NCBI GenBank assembly: GCA_903908285.1
Contig: CAIVRH010000023.1
Span: 25,052 to 89,051, forward strand
DNA: 64,000 nt
Direction: 5' to 3'
From: an uncultured candidate division Zixibacteria bacterium
Lineage (GTDB): Bacteria; Zixibacteria; MSB-5A5; SM1-73
In this document: piece by piece, positions 41,140 to 51,031 of the stretch
How the letters are laid out: every line of letters starts with the position of its first letter
Position numbering within the stretch: the first letter of the stretch is position 1
Program-made: the position numbers and the translations under genes
Notes under the pieces: generated by a model
The model's input: only the letters and a program-made list of their open reading frames with translations
Told to the model about the DNA's origin: nothing
The model's database searches: none

Positions 41140-42189
41140 ATGGATTCAAAAGAAAAAATCAGAATGACCAGCTTGGCCACCAGCTCGGGGTGAGCGGCGA
41201 AATGCGGTCCTGCGGACCTGGCTCAGGTGCTGAGCCATCTGCCCAAGCAAAATGATCCCAACGTGTTGGTGGGTTTCAATTCGGTGGACGATGCCGGAGT
41301 TTACAAAATCAGGGAGGATTTAGCCATAGTCCACACGGTGGATTTTTTTCCGCCCATTGTGGATGATCCTTACGATTTTGGCGCTATCTCAGCGGCTAAT
41401 TCCTTGAGTGACATCTATGCCATGGGAGGAAAGCCGATAACCGCTCTGAATATCGTGGGCTATCCTCCTCAAAGCGTGCCTCTATGGGCTTTGGAGGAGA
41501 TGCTCAAGGGGGGAGCGGAAAAAGCAATGGAAGCGGAAGTGTCCATAATCGGCGGTCATACTATCAGAACCAAAGAACCCATCTATGGGTTGGCAGTGGT
41601 GGGGACGATCCACCCGGATAGGATAATCAGCAATGCCGGTGCGAAAGCTGGTGATTCGCTGGTTTTGACCAAACCCATTGGTACGGGGATCATAACTACG
41701 GCCATAAAAAGGAATCTGGTTGAAGATGATATAGTGAAAAAAGTGGTGAAGATAATGGCTTTTTTGAATAGATACGCGTCTGAATCAATGCTGGATGTTG
41801 GAGCTAATGCTTGTACGGACATAACCGGTTTCGGTCTTCTGGGGCATCTATGCGAACTTTTACAAGCTTCTAAAGTAGGAGCAAAAATCCATCTTTCGAA
41901 TGTGCCGATAATCGAGCCCGCTTACCAGCTGGCACATGATAAAATTATTCCCGGCGGCACCTTGAGCAATCTGGAATTTATTGCCGAAAAGACCGACTGG
42001 AGTAAAGAAATTTCGGAAGAAGAGAAACTGATACTCTCCGATGCCCAGACTTCCGGGGGATTGCTCATCTCGTTACCAAAAGAAAAAGAAAAAAAGCTTT
42101 TGCAAATTCTGGCTGCCAAAGGGGTGTCCGGTGCAGTCATCGGTGAAATAATTGAGGACAAGAGATGCCGAATCCAAGTGGAAAATTAG
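41140..42189 (+). CDS. selD: Selenide, water dikinase (selenoprotein; Sec encoded by TGA 41191-41193)
   Basis: ATG 41140 reads MDSKEKIRMTSLATSSG-U-AAK in frame with the 41227 ORF; DDAGVY, TVDFF.P, SDIYAMGG, GGHT, TDITGFGLLGH, DAQTSGGLL. Confidence 0.93.
41191..41225 (+). promoter_or_regulatory. Bacterial SECIS-like hairpin after the selD UGA
   Basis: UGAGC...GGUCC-UGC-GGACC..GCUCA stem-loop immediately 3' of the UGA. Confidence 0.65.
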
Positions 42190-43568
42190 TCAAAGAGAAA
42201 TTAAGACAGATACCCAGCGTGGAGAAAGTCCTGGAATCTTCCGAACTCCAAGCGGACATAGACAAATTCTCTCATACCCTGGTGGTATCCGCGATAAGGG
42301 AAGCCATAAAGACGACAAAGAGTGAAATAGCCAAAAGCAAAGAGACGGTTTCTCTTGACTCAATAATCGGGAAAACCAAGGATGTTCTCCGCGACCTGAC
42401 TTCATCTGCTCTACAGCCGGTGATCAATGTCACCGGAGTCATTCTTCATACCAACCTGGGCCGGGCACCCTTAGACGAGGGCGCTCTATCTTTTATTAAA
42501 GAAGTATGCGCCAATTATAACAACCTGGAGTTTGATCTAAGGGAAGGTAAAAGGAGCAAACGAGGGGTTTTTGTGGAAAAACTGCTTTGCCTTCTAACTT
42601 TATCCGAAGCCGCTTTGGTAGTCAATAATAATGCTGGCGCTGTGCTTTTGATCCTGACCGCTATGGCGAAAGAAAAAGAGGTGATTGTCTCCAGGGGGGA
42701 GTTAGTGCAGATCGGCGGGGGTTTTCGGATTCCGGAGATTCTCTCTTTAAGCGGAGCAACTCTAAAAGAAGTGGGAACCACAAATCATACCACCATCTCC
42801 GATTACGCCAGAGCCATAACCCGCCGGACCGCTCTTTTGCTCAAAGTTCACCAGAGCAATTTCAAAATGATCGGTTTTACGGAAAAGCCATGCATCCACG
42901 ATTTGGTTAAATTGGGGAAGAAGCATAAGCTGCCGGTAGTCGAGGATATGGGAAGCGGGGTTCTTCTCCGCACCGAGGATTTTCATTTGGCGCATGAACC
43001 TACCATGACGGAAGCCCTGTCCGCCGGTGCGGATTTGATCTGTTTTTCCGGAGACAAGCTTTTGGGTGCTCCGCAAGCGGGGATAATTTTGGGAAAAAGA
43101 AAATACATAGATATTCTTAAAAAACACCCCTTATATCGGGCTTTGAGATTAGACAAGATGTTCCTGGCGGGATTAGAAAGAATCCTGCTTTACTATCTAA
43201 AAGGCGAAGCCGCAAAGAAAATTCCGGTCTGGCAGATGATCGGTACTCCTGGGGAAGTTTTACAAGCCAGGGCGGAGAAAATAAAGGATAAGCTTAAAGA
43301 ATCGGGTATTGAAATTGTCATTAAGAGGAGTAACAGTACTATCGGTGGAGGATCGCTTCCCGGTGAGAGTTTGTCCACAGTTATACTATCCGTTGACAAA
43401 CCCTTTATCCCGGCTAATCAACAAGCCCAGCTTTTCAGAGAACAATCTTTGCCCATCATCGGACGGATAGAGGATCAGAAATTCGGGTTGGATTTAAGAA
43501 CCGTTTTTCCTCACCAGGATGAATTATTAATCTCCGCCATTAAAAACATTTTCCTTAAGAGAAGCTGA
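42165..43568 (+). CDS. selA: L-seryl-tRNA(Sec) selenium transferase
   Basis: VINVTGVILHTNLGRAP, VNNNA, SRGELVQIGGGFRIP, EVGTTN, FSGDKLLG.PQAG. Confidence 0.96.
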   Translation: MPNPSGKLVKEKLRQIPSVEKVLESSELQADIDKFSHTLVVSAIREAIKTTKSEIAKSKETVSLDSIIGKTKDVLRDLTSSALQPVINVTGVILHTNLGRAPLDEGALSFIKEVCANYNNLEFDLREGKRSKRGVFVEKLLCLLTLSEAALVVNNNAGAVLLILTAMAKEKEVIVSRGELVQIGGGFRIPEILSLSGATLKEVGTTNHTTISDYARAITRRTALLLKVHQSNFKMIGFTEKPCIHDLVKLGKKHKLPVVEDMGSGVLLRTEDFHLAHEPTMTEALSAGADLICFSGDKLLGAPQAGIILGKRKYIDILKKHPLYRALRLDKMFLAGLERILLYYLKGEAAKKIPVWQMIGTPGEVLQARAEKIKDKLKESGIEIVIKRSNSTIGGGSLPGESLSTVILSVDKPFIPANQQAQLFREQSLPIIGRIEDQKFGLDLRTVFPHQDELLISAIKNIFLKRS

Positions 43569-43708
43569 TTCTACCAGCTGCCCGCCAACTCATTCCGTGG
43601 TGATTTCAATTCTGACAATATTATATAAATTTATTTGTTGCCAAACTTGCTCAAAGCTGGTTTAGCGATTATATTAAATGCTCAAAGTTTTAATCTCTTG
43701 GGTATGTT

Positions 43709-44392
43709 ATGGAAAAAAGAATAATTGCCATAGATGGACCGGCCGGTTCGGGAAAAAGCACAACCGCCAAATTGGTGGCACAAAAGCTTGAGTTTCTATA
43801 TCTGGACACCGGAGCCATGTATCGCGCTATCACCTGGAAAGCCTTAGAACGCGGGGTTGACGTAAATGGCGAAGAGGAGTTGAAGAAGCTGACCGAGAAT
43901 TCTTCGATTGCTTTTGAAAACAAAGACGGGGTGAATAGAATTTTATTAGATGGAAAAGATGTGTCGGAAGAGATTAGAAATCCGCGGGTGAACAGAAATG
44001 TATCGTTCGTCTCCATGCACAAGCAGGTAAGGAAGATATTGGTGGAGATGCAGAAGAAAGTGGGGGAGAAAAATGATCTGGTGGCAGAGGGGAGGGATAC
44101 CACCACCGTGGTTTTCCCTCAAGCGTTCAAAGTCTATCTGGATGCGGATCTACGAGAGCGGGCGCGGAGACGTTTTCTGGAACTAAAAGAGAAGGGAATT
44201 AACTCCAACATCGAGGAACAGGAGGCGGAACTCTCCAGAAGGGACAAGCTCGATTCGGAAAGAGAAGCCAGCCCGCTTTTTCGGGATAAGAATGCAGTGG
44301 TGGTGGATACTACTCATCTGACCATCGAGCAGCAAGTGAATCGGGTGATCGAGCTATTTCAAAAGGGAGCTGATAAGAAAGATATAAATTGA
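43709..44392 (+). CDS. cmk: Cytidylate kinase
   Basis: IAIDGPAGSGKST, LDTGAMYR, EGRD, RRD..DS.R..SPL. Confidence 0.96.
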   Translation: MEKRIIAIDGPAGSGKSTTAKLVAQKLEFLYLDTGAMYRAITWKALERGVDVNGEEELKKLTENSSIAFENKDGVNRILLDGKDVSEEIRNPRVNRNVSFVSMHKQVRKILVEMQKKVGEKNDLVAEGRDTTTVVFPQAFKVYLDADLRERARRRFLELKEKGINSNIEEQEAELSRRDKLDSEREASPLFRDKNAVVVDTTHLTIEQQVNRVIELFQKGADKKDIN

Positions 44393-44417
44393 TGCAAAAG
44401 TTTAATTCGAAGTTGAT

Positions 44418-45041
44418 GTGAGAACTCATTATTATATAATTTGTTTACTGGTTAGAATCGGGCTGAAAATATTTTGGCGGTACAAAAGGATTGGGGCAAA
44501 GCATATACCCATGACCGGTGGGGTGATCATTGCCGCTAATCATGCGGCATACGTCGATCCGCCATTTATCGGCTCGGTTTGTCCCCGTGAACTTTTCTAT
44601 TTGGCTAAAGCGGAACTTTTTTCCAATGCACTTTTCGGCAAGTTACTTAGAAAAGTCAACGCCATACCCATTACCCGGGGAGCTTTTGACCGGAGAGCGA
44701 TCACCCAGGCGGTCAGGCTCTTGAAGGAGGGGAAAGCGCTTCTTTTTTTTCCGGAAGGGACCAGAAGCAGGGATGGAAACTTTTTAGAACCCAAGCTGGG
44801 GTTGGGAATGATCGGTAGGGAAGCAGGTGTGCCAATAGTCCCGGCCTATATCTCCAATTCCGGCAATCTGTTAAACGGTTTACTGAAAAGGAAGAGAATG
44901 ATTATAGCGTTTGATGCCCCCATCCCAAAAGAATGGATGACTGGGGTGCCCAAAAACAAAGAGGGATACAAAAGCATCGGGCAGGAAATTATGTCCCGGA
45001 TCGGAGAGCTGAAAGTAAAAATAGAAAAAGAAAGATTTTGA
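44418..45041 (+). CDS. plsC: 1-acyl-sn-glycerol-3-phosphate acyltransferase
   Basis: NHAAYVDP, AKAELF, FPEGTRS. Confidence 0.9.
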   Translation: MRTHYYIICLLVRIGLKIFWRYKRIGAKHIPMTGGVIIAANHAAYVDPPFIGSVCPRELFYLAKAELFSNALFGKLLRKVNAIPITRGAFDRRAITQAVRLLKEGKALLFFPEGTRSRDGNFLEPKLGLGMIGREAGVPIVPAYISNSGNLLNGLLKRKRMIIAFDAPIPKEWMTGVPKNKEGYKSIGQEIMSRIGELKVKIEKERF

Positions 45042-45083
45042 TAGGTTTATATAAAAAATTGATTAGATTACCGGAGTATTTTT

Positions 45084-45926
45084 TTGAAAATGAAAATCTA
45101 CGTAGTAAAACAAGCAGGCTTTTGTTTTGGAGTAAAAAGAGCCATCAAGCTCGCCTGCGATGCAGCGGAAATAAAGCATAGAAGGGTATACACCCTGGGT
45201 CCTCTTATACATAATCCTCAAGTGGTGGAGGACTTGGAAAATAAAGGTGTGCATGTAATTAAGGATATTAGAGGAATCAAAACCGGAGCGCTTATTATCC
45301 GTTCGCATGGGGTCCATCCCAAGATTTTAAAGCAGTTGAAAGGTAAACCGGTAGAGGTGGTAGATGCTACTTGTCCTTTCGTGAGAAAAGCCCAGAGAAA
45401 GGCAAAACTGCTTTACGATCAGGGATATCAGGTGGTGGTGGTGGGGGAGGCGGATCACCCGGAGGTACAGGGTATCGTAGGTTATGTAAACGATTCGGCA
45501 ATGGTGATTAATCATACCCGCATGAAATCAAAAATGGATCGGTTCAAAAAATTAGGAGTGGTGGCCCAAACCACTCTCAGCATCGATGTTTTTAAGCAGG
45601 CTATCGGCAGGCTGGTTGAAAATACGGAAGAATTAAAAGTATGCAATACCATCTGTCATGCCACTGCCCGGGCTCAAAAAGCCACTTCGAGATTGGCCGG
45701 TAAAGTGGATATGATGATCGTAGTGGGGGGACATAACTCTGCCAATACCTCCCGTCTGGCGAAACTGTGCAAGGAATACGGAACCCCTACTCATCAGGTG
45801 GAGACAGAGAAGGGATTACAACGTCTTTGGTTTAAGAATATAAACTCGGTGGGAGTTACTGCCGGCACCTCTACTCCGGACTGGTTGATAAAACAAGTAG
45901 TGGAACGTATAAAAAGTTACAATTAG
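45084..45926 (+). CDS. ispH: 4-hydroxy-3-methylbut-2-enyl diphosphate reductase
   Basis: GFCFGVKRA, IHNPQV, DATCPFV, HPEV, TICHAT, SANT, TAGTSTP. Confidence 0.96.
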   Translation: MKMKIYVVKQAGFCFGVKRAIKLACDAAEIKHRRVYTLGPLIHNPQVVEDLENKGVHVIKDIRGIKTGALIIRSHGVHPKILKQLKGKPVEVVDATCPFVRKAQRKAKLLYDQGYQVVVVGEADHPEVQGIVGYVNDSAMVINHTRMKSKMDRFKKLGVVAQTTLSIDVFKQAIGRLVENTEELKVCNTICHATARAQKATSRLAGKVDMMIVVGGHNSANTSRLAKLCKEYGTPTHQVETEKGLQRLWFKNINSVGVTAGTSTPDWLIKQVVERIKSYN

Positions 45927-45986
45927 TTACGTATAAGGAAATAATCCCCATACGGGGAAATTCTGTATAAAGGAGGATTTACTTCA

Positions 45987-48167
45987 ATGGTTGAAGAGAA
46001 AAAACCAAAAGACGTTCCCGCTTCTATAGACAAGAAGAGCGGAACGACCAGAATTCCGAGAAAAGGAGGTGAAAAGGAAGACATATCTCCAAGACCAAGA
46101 CCTATCCCGCGATCTTTCCCACCAAAAAGAAGGCCGGAGAAACCGCCATCTGTGGCCAAAGAAAAAGCCCCGGCTGTGGTGAGTATAGCACCGGAGTCAA
46201 AGATTGAGGCGGTCAAGGAGCCGGTCCAGGAGATACCCCAGGTACCTCTGGAATCATCCCAACCGGTGGTGATAGAAAAACCGGTTTCGACTCTGCTCCG
46301 GGATCTGGCCAAGGCTGTGGACAGGGAATATTCCACGGAGGAATTCGAGCAGTTCCTTAAAATGTATGAACCTACCCTGCGTGATATTCAGGAGGGTGAG
46401 ATCGTAAAGGGAAGGGTGATGGGAGTAACCAAAGAGGACGTGATCGTGGACGTGGGCTTCAAGTCGGAAGGGATCATTCCCATGGCCGAATTCACCGAGC
46501 CTATAAACATCAAGGTGGGGGATGAGATCGAGGTCTACTTGGACGCGATCGAAGATCAGGATGGCCAGCTGGTCCTGTCCAAGCAGAAGGCCGATTTCGT
46601 ACGGGTTTGGGACCGGGTGAAAGATGCACACGACAAGGGCGAGCTGGTGGACGGGAAGATTTTAAGAAGGATCAAAGGCGGGATGGTGGTGGATCTGATG
46701 GGAGTGGATGCTTTTCTCCCCGGTTCTCAAATTGCCTTAAGGCAGGTTCCCGATTTCGATGCCCTCTTGGGGCAACTCATGCAGTTCAAGGTGATCAAGC
46801 TCAACAAAGCCCGGCGCAACATCGTAGTCTCCCGCAGGTCGGTTTTAGAAGAGGAGAGACAAAAGCAGAAGGAAAGGCTTTTAAAGGAGATCGAGACCAG
46901 CCAGGTGAGGGAAGGGGTAGTGAAAAACATCACCGATTTTGGAGTGTTCATCGATTTGGGCGGGGTGGACGGACTGCTTCACATCACCGATATGTCGTGG
47001 GGAAGAATCAGCCATCCCAGCGAGTTGGTGGCGTTGGGAGATAAAATCAACGTCAAGATCATCGACTTTGACAAAAATACCGGCAGGATTTCTTTGGGGA
47101 TGAAACAGCTGACCCCGTATCCCTGGGAGAACATTCAGGAGAGATATCCGGTGGGGAAGAAGATCAAAGGAAAAGTGGTTTCCCTTACCGATTATGGCGC
47201 ATTCGTGGAGTTGGAGAGAGGGGTGGAGGGATTGATCCACATCTCCGAAATGTCGTGGACCCAGCATATCAAACATCCTTCCCGGTTGATGGCCATCGGT
47301 GATACCGTGGAGGCAGTGATTTTATCCATCGACAAAGATAACGAGAAGATCTCTTTGGGGATAAAACAGCTCGAGCCTGATCCCTGGGCGAACATCGAGC
47401 AAAAATACCGCTCCGGTACCCGGGTTTCGGGAAAGGTGAGAAATCTTACCGCCTTCGGCTCTTTCGTGGAGCTGGAGGAAGGGATCGACGGGCTGGTTCA
47501 CATTTCCGATATGTCGTGGACCAAGCGGATTCAACACCCCTCCGAGGTGATGAAGAAGGGGGATAAGGTGGAGGTGGTGGTGATGAACGTGGACCGGGAA
47601 AACCGCAGGATCTCCTTAGGTTACAAGCAAACCAAGGACGATCCCTGGCCTGAGCTATCCCGAAAGTTTACCATGGGGAATGAGGTCAACGGTAAAATTT
47701 TACGTCTTTTGGACCGGGGGGTCATTGTGGATTTGGGAGATGAGGTAGAGGGATTCGTACCCACCATCCATCTGGGAAAACCGGAAATCTCCAAGCCTTC
47801 GGACGCTTTCAACGAAGGGGATATGTTGCCACTCAAAGTGATCGAGTTCGATCATCCCGGAAAGAAGATCGTTCTGTCGGTTGAAGCTTATTATCGCACA
47901 AGGGAAAAAACCGAGTTGGAGGATTTCTTAGGCAGGCATCCGACCAAGACGCTAAAGGTGGAAGAGATTGTGGAACAACGGCCGCAGTTGGAGGGAGAAA
48001 TTAAAACAGCGGTAACTGAAACTCCGCTCCCGGCAGAAGCACCTGCGCCGCAAGTCGCTCCGGTTAGCGAAACAAAAACCGAAGATGCCAAGAAAGAGGA
48101 GTTAACTCCGACTATAACGGAAGATGAAGCTTCAACGGAGGAATCCCCCAAGGATACAAGCGTATAA
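45987..48167 (+). CDS. rpsA: 30S ribosomal protein S1 with low-complexity N- and C-terminal extensions
   Basis: DVGFKSEG, AFLPGSQ, DGLLHITDMSW, EGLIHISEMSW, DGLVHISDMSW S1 repeats; AAGGAGG RBS. Confidence 0.96.
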   Translation: MVEEKKPKDVPASIDKKSGTTRIPRKGGEKEDISPRPRPIPRSFPPKRRPEKPPSVAKEKAPAVVSIAPESKIEAVKEPVQEIPQVPLESSQPVVIEKPVSTLLRDLAKAVDREYSTEEFEQFLKMYEPTLRDIQEGEIVKGRVMGVTKEDVIVDVGFKSEGIIPMAEFTEPINIKVGDEIEVYLDAIEDQDGQLVLSKQKADFVRVWDRVKDAHDKGELVDGKILRRIKGGMVVDLMGVDAFLPGSQIALRQVPDFDALLGQLMQFKVIKLNKARRNIVVSRRSVLEEERQKQKERLLKEIETSQVREGVVKNITDFGVFIDLGGVDGLLHITDMSWGRISHPSELVALGDKINVKIIDFDKNTGRISLGMKQLTPYPWENIQERYPVGKKIKGKVVSLTDYGAFVELERGVEGLIHISEMSWTQHIKHPSRLMAIGDTVEAVILSIDKDNEKISLGIKQLEPDPWANIEQKYRSGTRVSGKVRNLTAFGSFVELEEGIDGLVHISDMSWTKRIQHPSEVMKKGDKVEVVVMNVDRENRRISLGYKQTKDDPWPELSRKFTMGNEVNGKILRLLDRGVIVDLGDEVEGFVPTIHLGKPEISKPSDAFNEGDMLPLKVIEFDHPGKKIVLSVEAYYRTREKTELEDFLGRHPTKTLKVEEIVEQRPQLEGEIKTAVTETPLPAEAPAPQVAPVSETKTEDAKKEELTPTITEDEASTEESPKDTSV

Positions 48168-48191
48168 GCAACCGGGATTAATGATAAATAT

Positions 48192-48232
48192 AAAAGCGAT
48201 GGCAGCCGATATCTGGTTGCCATCGCTTTTTT
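48192..48232 (+). terminator. Intrinsic terminator after rpsA
   Basis: aaaagcgatggcagccgatatctggttgccatcgctttttt. Confidence 0.8.
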
Positions 48233-48622
48233 ATTGCGTGCGGTGGAAGGGAAGAGGAATCTCCTCTCCCTTGATGGGAGAGGATTAAGTTGAAAATCCC
48301 GTCCTTCGATTTTCTCAGGATGGTGAGCTGTGGCGAACCACCGTAGGCGGGAGTGAGGGAGAAAAAGTCCGTATGTCATGAGCTCCTCGGCTCCTGACAA
48401 TAATGCTTCAATTTATTGCCACGACCTTCAGGTCGTGGGGTAAATTGTAGCGATCGCATTTATGCGACCCGCTTTTACTTTCCCAATGCAGTATAATCGA
48501 ATAACCAATTCAAACGAAGAGTTGACAAAATCTCATAAATGATTATAATATTTAGTATGAATAGCAACAATTTACTTTCATGTTAGGCTACAAGGCACTT
48601 ATCATTTTTAACCAGCCGAAAA

Positions 48623-51028
48623 ATGACAAATAAAAAAGAACTGTCAGAACGAGATATTTGCACGCAATTCATCTTACCCGCTCTCATAAAGTCCGGGTGG
48701 GATGTCACAAAACAAATCCGCGAAGAGGTTTTTTTCACTGACGGGCGTATTTTTGTCAAAGGCAATAACACCGCACGTGGAGAGAGAAAACGTGCTGATT
48801 TTATTCTCTATCTAAAACCGAATATTCCTATCGCTGTAATTGAAGCAAAAGATAATAATCATTCCGTGGGGGCTGGGTTGCAGCAGGCATTAGGTTATGC
48901 GAAGCTTCTCGATGTCCCGGTTGCCTTTAGTTCAAATGGGGATGGTTTTATTCAGCATGATCTTTCTGGATTCTCTGCGGATATTGAAATAGAAATATCT
49001 TTAGACAATTTCCCTTCTCCATCCGAGCTGTGGAATATGTACAAGAAATATAAAAAGATTGAAACCCCTGAGCAGGAAAAGATCGCCTCCTATGAATACT
49101 TTTTTGATGGCTCAGGACGTGCGCCTCGTTACTATCAGCAGATAGCCATAAATAGAACGGTTGAAGCAATAGCACGTGGTGAGAACAGAGTTCTACTGGT
49201 AATGGCTACCGGCACGGGAAAAACCTATACCGCTTTTCAGATAATATATCGGCTATGGAAAAATGGAAGGAAGAAGCGGATTCTTTTTTTAGCAGATCGC
49301 AATGTGCTTATCGATCAAACCAAGCGAAATGACTTTAAACATTTTAAAGACCGTATGACGGTCATCAAAAAGAAAAAGATCGACAAGGCGTTTGAAATTT
49401 ACCTTGCCCTTTATCAGGGGTTAACGAATTACAATGAAGACAAAGATGCCTATAGAGAATTCAGCCGGGATTTCTTTGATCTTGTGGTTGTAGATGAGTG
49501 CCATCGTGGAAGCGCAGATGCTGATAGTGCTTGGAGAGCGATATTGGAGTATTTTAGCTCTGCTACTCAGATCGGGCTTACGGCAACTCCACGGGAAACA
49601 AAAGAAATTTCCAATATTGAATATTTCGGCGAGCCAATTTATACCTACACGCTTAAGCAAGGCATAGAGGACGGATTTTTGGCTCCCTATAAAGTTATAC
49701 GGGTTGGACTCAGTACCGACCTTGAAGGCTGGCGTCCCGAAGCAGGTAAAAAAGATCAGGATGGCAACGAGGTTGAAGATCGGGTTTACAACATTAAAGA
49801 TTTTGACAAGAACCTTGTGATTGATGAGCGGACAAAAATTGTTGCCAAGAAGGTGTCGGAGTATTTGAGGAAGACTAACCGTTTTGACAAAACGATAGTC
49901 TTTTGTGTGGATATTGAGCACGCCGAGCGCATGAAACAGGCGTTGGCGAATGAGAACCCGGATTTGGCGTTGGAAAACTACAAGTATATTATGCGAATAA
50001 CCGGTGATGATGAAGAAGGTAAGCGCGAAGTGGATAATTTCATAAATCCTGAAGAGCGTTATCCCGTCATCGCAACCACTTCAAAATTAATGACGACTGG
50101 CGTCGATGCGCAGACCTGCAAATTGATCGCACTTGATTCAAATATCAAATCGATGACTGAGTTTAAACAAATTATAGGCCGCGGAACTCGCATTAACGAA
50201 GACTATGACAAAACCTTTTTCGCCATCATGGATTTTCGTAATGTGACCGATCTTTTTGCTGATCCGGCTTTTGATGGCAACCCGGTTATGATCAAAGAGG
50301 TCAAAGGAGAAGAGGAGCTAACCGACCAAGATATTAATCCGGAAGGAGATCAGGAAATCATCGATCCGGAAACCGGTAAGCCTGTTGATTTTGAGAAGAA
50401 AGAAACAAAAGAATATCCGACTCAGCCGGAAATTATCCAGGGCGGTTCAATAGTATCCGAGCCTCGTTCAAAGGTTTATGTGGCAGGTGTAGATGTTTCG
50501 GTTCTAAACGAGCGGGTTCAGCATCTGGATGCGAACGGAAAACTCATTACAGAGAGCCTAAAAGATTACACAAAAAGGAGTATCTTGCAGGAGTTTCGCT
50601 CCCTTGATGATTTCCTTGCCAAGTGGAATAGCACTTATAAAAAGAAAGCCGTTATCGAGGAACTAGAATCGCACGGCATAATTTTTGAAAATCTTATGGC
50701 TGAAGTAAAGAAGGATTTAGATGTCTTTGACCTTATCTGCCATATTGCCTGGGATATGCCCGCGCTTACTCGCAGGGAGAGAGCAGAGAAGGTTAAAAAG
50801 CGCAATTACTTTACTAAATATGGTGAAAAAGCGCGCATCGTCATAGATGCTCTGTTGGATAAATATGCCAGCGAAGGTATTGAGAATATTGAGGATTTAT
50901 CGGTTTTAAGAATTTCCCCGTTTGATCAGATAGGCACTCCGACAGAAATCTTGCAGATTTTTGGAGGCAAAAAAGAATATTTACACGTTATTGAAAAATT
51001 AGAAAACGAACTATACGCGGCGGCATAA
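48623..51028 (+). CDS. hsdR: Type I restriction enzyme R subunit (EcoAI/EcoEI-like)
   Basis: AD...IEAK nuclease motif, RYYQ, MATGTGKT, DECHRG, LTATP, QIIGRGTR. Confidence 0.95.
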   Translation: MTNKKELSERDICTQFILPALIKSGWDVTKQIREEVFFTDGRIFVKGNNTARGERKRADFILYLKPNIPIAVIEAKDNNHSVGAGLQQALGYAKLLDVPVAFSSNGDGFIQHDLSGFSADIEIEISLDNFPSPSELWNMYKKYKKIETPEQEKIASYEYFFDGSGRAPRYYQQIAINRTVEAIARGENRVLLVMATGTGKTYTAFQIIYRLWKNGRKKRILFLADRNVLIDQTKRNDFKHFKDRMTVIKKKKIDKAFEIYLALYQGLTNYNEDKDAYREFSRDFFDLVVVDECHRGSADADSAWRAILEYFSSATQIGLTATPRETKEISNIEYFGEPIYTYTLKQGIEDGFLAPYKVIRVGLSTDLEGWRPEAGKKDQDGNEVEDRVYNIKDFDKNLVIDERTKIVAKKVSEYLRKTNRFDKTIVFCVDIEHAERMKQALANENPDLALENYKYIMRITGDDEEGKREVDNFINPEERYPVIATTSKLMTTGVDAQTCKLIALDSNIKSMTEFKQIIGRGTRINEDYDKTFFAIMDFRNVTDLFADPAFDGNPVMIKEVKGEEELTDQDINPEGDQEIIDPETGKPVDFEKKETKEYPTQPEIIQGGSIVSEPRSKVYVAGVDVSVLNERVQHLDANGKLITESLKDYTKRSILQEFRSLDDFLAKWNSTYKKKAVIEELESHGIIFENLMAEVKKDLDVFDLICHIAWDMPALTRRERAEKVKKRNYFTKYGEKARIVIDALLDKYASEGIENIEDLSVLRISPFDQIGTPTEILQIFGGKKEYLHVIEKLENELYAAA

Positions 51029-51031
51029 AAA

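Noticed and set aside
41227..42189. selD starting at GTG 41227
   Set aside because: It omits the catalytic U-x-x-K motif; the upstream in-frame ATG plus a Sec UGA explains the gene.
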